From IMG/VR virus record IMGVR_UViG_3300046789_000071, positions 1 through 29,872 of that record: a stretch of DNA of 29,872 bases. One strand, 5' to 3'. This DNA is from a virus (taxonomy: Duplodnaviria > Caudoviricetes). The first letter of the stretch is position 1. Each line of letters opens with the position of its first letter. The position numbers were made by a program, and so were the translations under genes. Shown here piece by piece: positions 1 through 8,657 of this stretch. The notes under the pieces were generated by a model that was not told where the DNA came from, ran no database searches, and was given only the letters and a program-made list of their open reading frames with translations.

Positions 1-181
1 CCCCGAAAAAAGAATCGGGCGCAATTTCGAGGTGGTTTTTGTCGGCAAAGGCGTGCGCAGCCCTACGCATGCCCACAATTCACCGCGTTTTATGGCAACT
101 AACGCAACGCCGGTGTGCAGCGAGCCCTGTTTTTTCTGTCAAGCAAAAACAGTGCGGCCGATGGCGGCGGTGCGTCGAAAC

Positions 182-772
182 TCAGACGTCAAGTCGATCG
201 AGCAACGCGGCGACGCGCTCGGCGGCTTCGGGATAGTGTGCGAGCACGTCGGCGAGCCCGTCGCGAATCTTCGCCCAACGCGGGTTGGTGCGAATGATCC
301 GATCGTCCATGGCTTCGGCGGCTTGTTCGAACTGCGCAATCTGGCGCAGCAGGTCCATCTCCATGCGGACTGAGCGGAAGTAGTCCATCGAGCTCGTACC
401 CTCGGCGGTGCCCGACGCCGGGCGGCGAGCTCGCACCTCGCGCAAGAGCGCCCGTACGCCCGCGAGCGCCGAGCTCGACACGGTCGGGACGTTGGGCCCG
501 GCGTCGCCGAGCTCGCGCGGCTCGGCGTCTGTGGCGTCGGGCTCGCCGGTCGTTGGGCGGCTCCACGCGTCGACCGGTATGCCGTACGTGGCCGCTAGTC
601 GTTCGCGCGACTCGGGCCCGGGTAGCTTCAAGCCATGGCGCCAGAACTGGACTGCTTGCGGGCTGCGTAGCCCGAGCGCCGTGGCGATCTTGGCGACCGA
701 GTGAGGCAGCTCGCGTAACATCGATTCGCCGAGCGTCGCGGGCTCGGTCTTGTATGTGCTTACGTTCGGCAT
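182..772 (-). CDS. Putative terminase small subunit (N-terminal Cro-like HTH)
   Basis: HTH-like VAKIATALGLRSPQAVQFWRHG; helical C-terminus W..IR..L..VLAHYPEA. GAGGGG RBS overlaps the terL stop, and the gene is directly downstream of terL. Confidence 0.55.
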   Translation of the reverse strand: MPNVSTYKTEPATLGESMLRELPHSVAKIATALGLRSPQAVQFWRHGLKLPGPESRERLAATYGIPVDAWSRPTTGEPDATDAEPRELGDAGPNVPTVSSSALAGVRALLREVRARRPASGTAEGTSSMDYFRSVRMEMDLLRQIAQFEQAAEAMDDRIIRTNPRWAKIRDGLADVLAHYPEAAERVAALLDRLDV

Positions 773-779
773 ACGCCCC

Positions 780-2444
780 TCATCCCCGTCGCCTCGGGTC
801 CCACGTGTCGCGCATCTCGTATGGGTCGACCATCGGCACGCGCAGGTCGGGCGGCGGCGGTGGCGGCGGCTGCGGTGACTGCTGGTCGTGTGTCCAGACG
901 GGCTCCCATACGCTCAGCGTGGTCGCATCGAAGCGGTCACTCGAGCGCTTCAAAATCCGGCGTATTTCATCTTTGTCGATGAGCACAAGCCGGCTTCGGT
1001 CATCGACTGACCAACGCATCACGTGCATCTCGCCGGCCAGCTTCGGGTCGGACAGGATCGCGCCGCCCGCTTTGATCCAGCGCTCAAACGATGCCGCTAC
1101 TTGGTCGCGCACCATCGCGTAGTTGTCCGCCTCACGGAATGGTCGGACCATGCCGCGGACGCCGACGAGCTTGAACGCTGTGGGGTTATTGTCGACGAAC
1201 GTGCGCATCACACCGTAGTTCTCAGCACCGACGGCGCCATCACGGTCGAGCACGACGACGGGCACTTCACCGTCGCGCTTGTGTGCACGGATGACCATGA
1301 GCACGTGCCCGAGCACGGCGTTTGCGGTCAAACCGGTGTGCGCGTCGAGCGAGAGCTGCCGATAGCCACGACGCGCGGAGATCGCCGTCTCGTCGCCCTT
1401 GGAGCCTGCGCCGGCTGGGTCGACGCCGATGTACAAACGCCCGGCGTCGAGCGCGTCTTCAATGCGACCTTGCGCGGTCACGATGAGATCCATGGGAAAC
1501 AAGCGCCCGATCTCGGCGACGCAAAACTTGCCGAGCACGCGAACCATGAAAAAAGCCGAGTCGCGTCCGTACTCGCGCTCGAGCTCGGCGATGTACTCGC
1601 GCGTCGCCAAGCCCGGGATCACGATGCGCCCGGCGACGACGTTCGGTGATTCCTCCGACGAGATAGTCAGTCGGTGATAGACCGACTCGGCATCGTTGAA
1701 GATGTCGTAGAAAAATCCGTGATTTCTCGTTGGATTCGAGATGCACACGACCTTGCCGCCGCCGCTCAAGTTGCCGCGTATGGCTTCGTATACGAGGTCG
1801 TCGATGCCTGAGCACTCATCGAGCAAGTACAGGTTGTTAGGCCCTGAGATGCCTTGCACCGCTTCGGGCTCGCGCGAGGTAAAACCGAAGATCATGCGCG
1901 AGCCATCGGCGCTCGTGATGCCTGTGCGTGCGAGCGAGCCGTTGCGCCCGAGGTCGATGAACGCCGAGTGCGGGCACGGTCGCGGGCCGTGAGGGTTCGA
2001 TCGCTTGCACTCGACGCACCGTCCGGCGTCAACGAGCAACTTTTGCAGCTCGAACCACACGACCTTGTTGAGCTGTCGGTCGGTGGTCGAGCTCAGGATC
2101 GTTTGCGAGCCCGGCGTACTGCAGTACCACCACAGCGCGAGCGCTGCGATCGAGCGCGTCTTGCTAGTCTTCTGGCCGGAGCACACCGAAACCCTGTCAT
2201 GGTCGCGCACCGCCTCGAGGAGCTCGGTCTGCCGCTCCCATGGCTCGAAGCCGAGGATGTCGCGACAGAAACCAACCGGGTCCAGCCGATAGCGATCGGA
2301 CGGCCACGTGATGCCCTGCTCTTCAACCGTGCGTTCACGCACCGCCCGCCCGAGGTCTCCGGCGAGTGTCATGTATGGCTGGTCTAGCTTGCTCGGGCGA
2401 CCTAACCGGCGTTTGATAGCTACGTCGTTGCTAGGACTCGTCAT
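780..2444 (-). CDS. terL: Terminase large subunit
   Basis: Walker A-like VCSGQKTSKT, Walker B LYLLDE, motif III ISNP, RNase H-like nuclease IGVDPA...DRFDA. Start uncertain (2444 chosen; 2372 or 2513 possible). Confidence 0.92.
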   Translation of the reverse strand: MTSPSNDVAIKRRLGRPSKLDQPYMTLAGDLGRAVRERTVEEQGITWPSDRYRLDPVGFCRDILGFEPWERQTELLEAVRDHDRVSVCSGQKTSKTRSIAALALWWYCSTPGSQTILSSTTDRQLNKVVWFELQKLLVDAGRCVECKRSNPHGPRPCPHSAFIDLGRNGSLARTGITSADGSRMIFGFTSREPEAVQGISGPNNLYLLDECSGIDDLVYEAIRGNLSGGGKVVCISNPTRNHGFFYDIFNDAESVYHRLTISSEESPNVVAGRIVIPGLATREYIAELEREYGRDSAFFMVRVLGKFCVAEIGRLFPMDLIVTAQGRIEDALDAGRLYIGVDPAGAGSKGDETAISARRGYRQLSLDAHTGLTANAVLGHVLMVIRAHKRDGEVPVVVLDRDGAVGAENYGVMRTFVDNNPTAFKLVGVRGMVRPFREADNYAMVRDQVAASFERWIKAGGAILSDPKLAGEMHVMRWSVDDRSRLVLIDKDEIRRILKRSSDRFDATTLSVWEPVWTHDQQSPQPPPPPPPDLRVPMVDPYEMRDTWDPRRRG

Positions 2445-2453
2445 ATGAGACTG

Positions 2454-2531
2454 TCTACCGCCACGCGAGTAGATACTGTCAGGTCGACACAAAAAGCACA
2501 CTAAATAACGCATCTACCGCGCTAGTAGATA
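2454..2531. promoter_or_regulatory. Two related palindromes TCTAC-N10/N7-GTAGA in the divergent terL/portal intergenic region
   Basis: TCTACCGCcacgcgAGTAGATA (2454-2475) and TCTACCGCgctAGTAGATA (2513-2531), with an A-rich stretch between them. Confidence 0.55.
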
Positions 2532-2557
2532 GACTTGAGCCACAGGCTGCGTGCCCG

Positions 2558-3946
2558 ATGGCCGGTATGGGTCTCATGCCCAATGGCTTGGTGCGCTTCG
2601 TCGACGTCTTGTTGGGACGCTCGGCATACGCACGTCCGCCTGCGGCCGGAGCGACCAACTCGCTCGACGCGCCTGAAGTCATCCGTGTACGTGAGCAGCT
2701 TGGCGGCCAGCTTGGGCCGCCCGGCCGCACTCCGACGCGGCTGTACCTCGCCGACATCGAGAGCGCGACGCAGGCCGCCGACCTCGGGCAAATCGGTCCG
2801 GCGGCGCAGCTCATGATCGCGGCCAAGCAAGACGGCGTGTACTCGGGCGTGCTCTCGACGCGTACCGATGGGCTCGTGAGCTTGCCGAAGCGGTTTCGCG
2901 GCGACGCTGAGATCTGCGCCGAGCTGCAACCGGGTAACACTGCCGACTCAACAGGCAACGACGATCCGCGGTCGGTCTTCGACGAGATGTGTCCGCCCAA
3001 AGAGCTCGCACTGCTCGCCGCCGACGGCTTGATGCTCGGCATAGGTGTCGCCGAGCTCGTGCCCGTCGCCGGCCGTGCGTGGCCCGTGCTCGTGCGCCGC
3101 GACCCGCAGTTCCTGTTCTATCTGTGGTCGGACAACACTTGGTACTACCAGTCGGTTGCCGGCTTGTTGCCGATCACGCCCGGCGACGGTCACTGGGTCT
3201 TGCACTGTCCGGGCGGCCGAGTGTCACCGTGGCAGAACGGATTTTGGCGCGCCATCGCACGCGCATACATCCGCAAAGAGACTGCAAGTCTCTTGAAAGA
3301 CAACTGGGAACAAAAGCTTTCGAATGCCGCGCGCGTCGCCGAAGCGCCGCAAGCTGCGACGGAAGAGCAAGCGCAAGGCTGGTTTCAGCGGGTGGCCGCG
3401 TGGGGCATCAACACGGTCTTTTCGACGAAGCCCGGCTACACAGTCAAGCTCGTCGAATCGAACGGTATCGGTTGGCAGTCCTACTCGAAGACCATCGAGG
3501 ACCAAGACCGCGAGTTTCAAGTCTGCGTTGCGGGCCAAACGGTCACGACCGAGGGCAAGAGTGGCTTCGTCTCGGCCGAGCTGTTTTCGACCATCCGCAG
3601 TGACTTGATTCAGTCGACCGGCAACGACCTCTCGTACACGGTCAACACGCAAGTGTTGCCGGCGTACGTGTACCACCAACATGGCGAGCAAGCGCTCCTG
3701 ACGCGTTCGGTCGTGATGGAATGGGACACAACTCCGCCGAAGGATCTCAACGCCACAGCGAGTTCGCTCGTCACCGCGGCGACCGCGATCAAGACGCTCA
3801 CTGAAGCGCTCGCCCAGCACAACGTGCAACTCGACGTCGCTGAGCTGTGTGCGCAGCTCGGCGTGCCAACGGCGGGCGTGCTCAAGCTCATCAAGCCCGT
3901 GTCGGCGCCGACCGGGGCAGCCGATCCCGTGCAGGAAGCCGCATGA
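2558..3946 (+). CDS. Portal protein (Mu gp29/DUF935-like)
   Basis: 462 aa, first gene of the head operon. Resembles DUF935-type portals (ADGLMLGIGVAELV; VAGQTVTT; DLSYTVNTQVL). ATGA overlap with the protease. Confidence 0.82.
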   Translation: MAGMGLMPNGLVRFVDVLLGRSAYARPPAAGATNSLDAPEVIRVREQLGGQLGPPGRTPTRLYLADIESATQAADLGQIGPAAQLMIAAKQDGVYSGVLSTRTDGLVSLPKRFRGDAEICAELQPGNTADSTGNDDPRSVFDEMCPPKELALLAADGLMLGIGVAELVPVAGRAWPVLVRRDPQFLFYLWSDNTWYYQSVAGLLPITPGDGHWVLHCPGGRVSPWQNGFWRAIARAYIRKETASLLKDNWEQKLSNAARVAEAPQAATEEQAQGWFQRVAAWGINTVFSTKPGYTVKLVESNGIGWQSYSKTIEDQDREFQVCVAGQTVTTEGKSGFVSAELFSTIRSDLIQSTGNDLSYTVNTQVLPAYVYHQHGEQALLTRSVVMEWDTTPPKDLNATASSLVTAATAIKTLTEALAQHNVQLDVAELCAQLGVPTAGVLKLIKPVSAPTGAADPVQEAA

Positions 3947-5382
3947 AATACGACCCGACCAAGCCGCTTCGGAAGTTTGAGCGCACCGGCATCCTCGCCG
4001 TGCGCCCGCAAGCGTTCTTCGACTTCTTTGCCGAGCCCGTGTCGCGCAGCAACGAGCTCGTCGGCGATGTCGAACTGGTCGACGTGTGCGGGCCGATCGC
4101 TCAACACGACGACTATTGGACCGACTCATTCGACGCGATACTCGCGCGCGTCGCCGTCGCGTGTGCGCGGCAAGAGACCAAGGCGATCGTGCTCAAGCTC
4201 GACTCGCCGGGCGGCGATGCGCAAGGCTGCATCGACTGCGCTCGGGCCATCGAGGCGACGTGCGCGCTCGCGGGCAAGCCGTTGTATGCCTACGTCGACG
4301 GGCAAGCCTGTTCGGCTGCGTACGCGCTCGCATGCGTCGCCGAGCGGATCGTCATCGGCACAACTTCGTTTGCGGGCTCGATCGGCGTCGCGCTCGCGCG
4401 CGAGGACGTTTCGGCGCGGCTTGCAAACAACGGCGTGCGGATCGCGGTCATCGCGTCGGGCGCGCGCAAGCTCGATGGCAACCCGAGCCAACCGATCACA
4501 GATGACGAGCTGCGCGCACAGCAAGAGCTCGTCGACGCGATGGCGGGCGCGCTCTTCGAGCACGTCGCTGCGAATCGAGGTTTAGCGGTCGAAGCGGTCG
4601 CCGCGTTCGACGCGAAAGTATTTGCCGGCAAGGCGGCGATAGTCGCCGGGCTCGCCGATGAGCAAGCGACTTTGAGTGCGCTGCTCGCAAGCATTGCAAC
4701 GGGAGAGATCGCGATGACTGCGATGGAAAAAGCGCGTAGCGCGCTCGAAGAGGCATCCAAGTCCGATGACGCCGAGGTCGCCGGGCAAGCCCGCAAAGCG
4801 CTCGCCGCGATGGACGAAAAAGACAAACCCGCCGCCGCGGACGATGAGCCGCCTGCGGACGACAAGGACAAGGACAAGCCCGCCGCCGAGGGCGACGAGC
4901 CGCCCGCCGACGACGACAAGGACAAGCCAGCCGCGCGCGGCGTGAGCTCGGCGGCATTCGTCGCAGTGACACAAGCGCTCACCGAATCGCAAGCCAAGGT
5001 GCGCAAGCTCGAAGCGGCGCACGCATCGCGCGAGCGTACCGAGCTCATCGCCTCACGGCCCGACTTGCCCGCCGAGCTCGTCGCGACCTTCGAGCGACTG
5101 TCGCTCGATGAGATCAAGGCGATCGTGAAAGCGGTGCCCAAGGCGGCGATGCCGCTCAAGCCGGTCGTTACGACCGTACCGGTGCCGCAAGGCAAGCGCG
5201 CCGACGGCTTGCCGGGCACGCCCGGGCGCACGTTGCCGCCCGACCAGCAAGCCAAGCTCGACGCGCGCATGGGTCTCGCGCCCGCCAAAGCGCTCGTCAA
5301 CAAGCGCATCGGTAACACGACCTTCGTTGGCGTGCCCGAAGACTATCAACTGCCGTCGGCGGTCGACGGGGCAAAGGGTTAG
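3943..5382 (+). CDS. S49-family (SppA/ClpP-like) head maturation protease fused to scaffold
   Basis: LDSPGG, ACSAAYALA (catalytic Ser), AGSIGV, GARKLDGNP; acidic and coiled-coil C-terminal half. ATG 3943 overlaps the portal TGA. Confidence 0.9.
   Translation: MKYDPTKPLRKFERTGILAVRPQAFFDFFAEPVSRSNELVGDVELVDVCGPIAQHDDYWTDSFDAILARVAVACARQETKAIVLKLDSPGGDAQGCIDCARAIEATCALAGKPLYAYVDGQACSAAYALACVAERIVIGTTSFAGSIGVALAREDVSARLANNGVRIAVIASGARKLDGNPSQPITDDELRAQQELVDAMAGALFEHVAANRGLAVEAVAAFDAKVFAGKAAIVAGLADEQATLSALLASIATGEIAMTAMEKARSALEEASKSDDAEVAGQARKALAAMDEKDKPAAADDEPPADDKDKDKPAAEGDEPPADDDKDKPAARGVSSAAFVAVTQALTESQAKVRKLEAAHASRERTELIASRPDLPAELVATFERLSLDEIKAIVKAVPKAAMPLKPVVTTVPVPQGKRADGLPGTPGRTLPPDQQAKLDARMGLAPAKALVNKRIGNTTFVGVPEDYQLPSAVDGAKG
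4813..4935 (+). repeat. Imperfect tandem coding repeat DKDKPAA-x-DEPPADD in the scaffold region
   Basis: About 2.5 copies visible in both DNA and protein. Confidence 0.8.
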
Positions 5383-5385
5383 GTC

Positions 5386-5799
5386 ATGGCTCGATTCATC
5401 AACCACGTTGCGATCAGTCAGTATTCGTTTGCACTGAAAGCCGCCGACGTCGCCGTGCAGGGCTTCGCGGCATTCGGCGATCCGGCGACAGGCAAGGTTA
5501 CGATCACGCCGTCGGAGACGACGATCGCGATCGGTCACTTCGCCGAAGGCTTTACCGGCGACGGCACGAAAAAGATCGGCGTCCGGCTGTTCGCCGAGGT
5601 GCAAGCGTACTGGTTCACCAACGACACCGGCACAGCGATCGCGCTCGCATTCGTCACAGCGAACTATCTCAACGGTTCCACGGTGACGGGCGCGGCGGGT
5701 TGCCCGGCGGGTTACGTGCTCGAAGCGAGCACGGCGAAAGTGCTCATCGTGCCGCGAATCATCGCCGCGCCAGTCGCCGATCCGGTGCCCGAAGTTTGA
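5386..5799 (+). CDS. Putative capsid decoration/cement protein
   Basis: 137 aa, beta/Gly-rich, between protease and major capsid protein. Confidence 0.6.
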   Translation: MARFINHVAISQYSFALKAADVAVQGFAAFGDPATGKVTITPSETTIAIGHFAEGFTGDGTKKIGVRLFAEVQAYWFTNDTGTAIALAFVTANYLNGSTVTGAAGCPAGYVLEASTAKVLIVPRIIAAPVADPVPEV

Positions 5800-5842
5800 T
5801 GGCGGGCGCCTAACAACAGATCACAAGGGATAGGCAAATCAC

Positions 5843-6862
5843 ATGATTATCGATCCAGCGTTTCTCGGCTCACTCGAGTCGAACATGCGCGTGCTCTTCG
5901 ACCAGAAATACAAAGCGCTCAACGATGAGGCCTGGTGGCAAGTCTGCACGTATCAGAGCACGAGCCGCTCACTCAAAGAGATCGTGTATTTCTCGCTCGA
6001 ATCAGCGCGCTTGCACCGCGGCTACAAGGGCGGCTTCAAAGATTTCGACGAGATCCGCTACCTCAATACGGCGGTCGAAAACGAGTACACACAGTCGGGC
6101 TTGGAGCTCACCGAAGCCGAGCTTTCGGACCTCGACGGCAACGGCGTGCAGTCGGCGACCAAGTGGATCGGCGAGATCGGTCAGCTCACGGCACACCATC
6201 CGCAACAGATGTTGGCCGACGCGATCCTCGGGAATCCGCTGACGTATGACGGGTTGTCATATTTCAACTCGGCGCACTTTACGAACGGCGTCGACACGAA
6301 CGACGGCGTTTACGGCAACGACCTCTTCGGCTCGGCGTCGGGCTCGTATCCAGGCGCGTTGCCGATCGGCGGCGCGACGACACTCGATGCCGCCGCGATC
6401 AATCTCACCAAAGCGATCGCATACATCAAGTCACTGAAGACGCCGACGGGCTACCCGCGCAAGCTGCGCGTGAAAGCACTCATTGTGCCGCCCGCGCTGT
6501 ATGGGCGCGCGGTGCAACTCGTCATGGGCGCGTTCTTGCCGGGCGCAGCGGTTAGCGGCGGCGGCACTGCCGACAACAAGCCACTCGCGGCATCGTGGGG
6601 CATCGGGCAACCGCTCGCCGCCGACGAGCTTAGCGCTTCGTTCACAAACGGAAGCGACTCGACTTATTACCTCGCGACCGAGTTCACCGGCGAGGAGTCG
6701 GCGTTCATTTACTCGAACCGGCAACCTTTCGCCGTTCGCTACAACTCGGGCATGACCGACGCCGAGCTCGAGCGAGCGGACAAACTGCAGTGGACGTGCA
6801 AGGGCCGTAACGGGCTGTTGCCGCTCCATCCGTACGGCTTGTTTCGCGTCAAGGCGACCTAA
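5843..6862 (+). CDS. Major capsid protein (Mu gpT-like)
   Basis: 339 aa with gpT-like motifs YDGLSYFNSAH, LIVPPAL, FIYSNRQP; typical position. Confidence 0.88.
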   Translation: MIIDPAFLGSLESNMRVLFDQKYKALNDEAWWQVCTYQSTSRSLKEIVYFSLESARLHRGYKGGFKDFDEIRYLNTAVENEYTQSGLELTEAELSDLDGNGVQSATKWIGEIGQLTAHHPQQMLADAILGNPLTYDGLSYFNSAHFTNGVDTNDGVYGNDLFGSASGSYPGALPIGGATTLDAAAINLTKAIAYIKSLKTPTGYPRKLRVKALIVPPALYGRAVQLVMGAFLPGAAVSGGGTADNKPLAASWGIGQPLAADELSASFTNGSDSTYYLATEFTGEESAFIYSNRQPFAVRYNSGMTDAELERADKLQWTCKGRNGLLPLHPYGLFRVKAT

Positions 6863-6895
6863 CACGCACGACACGCAGGACGCGCGCGGCAATCC

Positions 6896-7381
6896 ATGGC
6901 CTATCTAACGAACGCACAGTTTCAACTGTACACGCTGGTACCAGCGGAGTTCGTCGCGCGCGTCGACATGCAATACCCGGGCTTTGTTGAGGCACAGCTC
7001 GAGTTGCAGTCGGCGTTCATCGATGCGCGCCTGCGCAAGCGATACGAGGCGCCCTTCAAGGCGCCGTATCCGCTCGTCGCGCAGGGATGGCTCGCGCGAC
7101 TCGTCACGATGAGCGTTTGGCTTCGGCGTGGCTTCTCACCAACCGACGAAGACGCGCAGACCTATCAAGATCAGTACACCCAGACGCTCAACGAGCTCAC
7201 GGAGGCCGCCGACAGCGAGAACGGCTACCTCGACTTGCCGTTGCGCGCAGACACAAAGCAGACCGGAATCGTCAACGCGGCGCCGCACGTGTACAGCGAG
7301 GCGAGCCCGTACGTGTGGACCACGTTGCAGCGCCGACGCGCGCGCGACGAAGACTCGAACGGAGGAGGCACGTTTACATGA
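6896..7381 (+). CDS. Head-tail connector (Mu gp36/DUF1320-like)
   Basis: MAYLT start, SAFIDARLRKRY..PF motif; follows the capsid gene. Confidence 0.75.
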   Translation: MAYLTNAQFQLYTLVPAEFVARVDMQYPGFVEAQLELQSAFIDARLRKRYEAPFKAPYPLVAQGWLARLVTMSVWLRRGFSPTDEDAQTYQDQYTQTLNELTEAADSENGYLDLPLRADTKQTGIVNAAPHVYSEASPYVWTTLQRRRARDEDSNGGGTFT

Positions 7382-7782
7382 CGGTCGCCATCCAACGGAT
7401 CGACGAGCTCATCGGCAAGGTCGAAGGATTGAAAGGCATCGCGCTGCGCGCGGCGCCCGAGGTTGCCAAGGTCGTCGACGCGCACTTGCGCAAGTGCATC
7501 GCCCAAGGCACCGACCCATACGGCAATCCATGGAAGCCGCGCAAGATCGACGGCGGGCGCCCGCTGCAACACGCCGACCAAACGCTCTTCGTGAAAGCGC
7601 TCGGTCAACACGTGATCACTGAGATTCACGGCATTGACGCTCGGCATCATCACGGTTGGGTCAAAGGCAAGATCAAGCGCACGGTCATCTTCACGAAGCC
7701 CGAGCTACCACCCGAGCTCGTCATCGAGATCCGCAAGGTACTCACCGCCGAGTACCAAAAGACGATCGAGGCGACGCCATGA
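7378..7782 (+). CDS. Virion morphogenesis / neck protein (Mu gpG-like)
   Basis: DPYGNPWKPRK motif; ATGA overlaps at both ends. Confidence 0.7.
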   Translation: MTVAIQRIDELIGKVEGLKGIALRAAPEVAKVVDAHLRKCIAQGTDPYGNPWKPRKIDGGRPLQHADQTLFVKALGQHVITEIHGIDARHHHGWVKGKIKRTVIFTKPELPPELVIEIRKVLTAEYQKTIEATP

Positions 7783-8657
7783 CTGAGATCTTGGCGCTCG
7801 AGCACTTGTACAACGGCGTGCGCGCATTCTTCGATGCGCAAGGTTGGGAGTGCTATCAGCCTTTCGGTTGGCGCGAGCCCGCGCAGCAACAGATCACGCG
7901 CAACAGGATCGTGTGGGTACCCGGCGATCGCTCGGGCTACATCGGCAATATCATCGGCCCGAGCCAACCGGGCGGCGTGCCGCGCTACCTCGCGACCATC
8001 AAAGAGACCTTCTACGTCGTGATCTCGACTTGGGCCGACGATGCCGAGCCCGAGACCGAGCTGTTGCAATGGCGCTCCACGCGCAAGCTCTTCGACCAAT
8101 GGTTCACGGCGGCGACGTACACGGCGCTAAGCACGTTTGAGATCATTCGGCCCGAGTGGATTCAGATCCACAAAGAGCGCCGCTCGGGCACCGCGCTTGC
8201 GCTCACGGTCGCAATCCAGTCGCCGATCGCCGACCAGTCGGATGACACAACGCTAGCGCCGTCGCCGGTGCGCGGCGTCATCGACGTGATCGAGCTCGAT
8301 GTGACCGAGGTGCTCACGACGGCGCCGCCGCCGCGCACCGTCGTCGCGTGCTCGACCGGCCCGCTCGTGCTCTCGGGCGAGCAACCGGTCGACGACGTGC
8401 CGTGCATCAACGCCGACGACGTGCTCGTCAACGCGCAAGCCGACTGGCGCGAGAATGGCCTTTACACGGTCGTCGCGGGCGGCGCTTGGACGCGCACCGC
8501 CGACGTGCTCACGCAAGGCTTTTTCGTCGGCGTGTTGCCGGGCGGCACGGTCAACGGCGACACGGGTTACGAGCTCATCACTTCGGATCCTATCGTGATC
8601 GGCGAGTCGCCGATCGTGTTCGAACTACTTGGCCCGATGAGGACACAAACACCATGA
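7779..8657 (+). CDS. Putative tail completion/terminator protein with C-terminal beta domain
   Basis: Position just before the sheath; ATGA overlaps. C-terminal LSGEQPVDDV..DDVLVNAQ..ENGLYTV..GAWTR domain. Confidence 0.55.
   Translation: MTEILALEHLYNGVRAFFDAQGWECYQPFGWREPAQQQITRNRIVWVPGDRSGYIGNIIGPSQPGGVPRYLATIKETFYVVISTWADDAEPETELLQWRSTRKLFDQWFTAATYTALSTFEIIRPEWIQIHKERRSGTALALTVAIQSPIADQSDDTTLAPSPVRGVIDVIELDVTEVLTTAPPPRTVVACSTGPLVLSGEQPVDDVPCINADDVLVNAQADWRENGLYTVVAGGAWTRTADVLTQGFFVGVLPGGTVNGDTGYELITSDPIVIGESPIVFELLGPMRTQTP

Noticed and set aside
2454-2531. CRISPR mini-array
   Set aside because: Only two non-identical units with different loop lengths, and no cas genes.
4290-5318. 342-aa minus-strand ORF and similar antisense ORFs across the virion operon
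   Set aside because: Ser/Ala-rich mirror frames of real genes.
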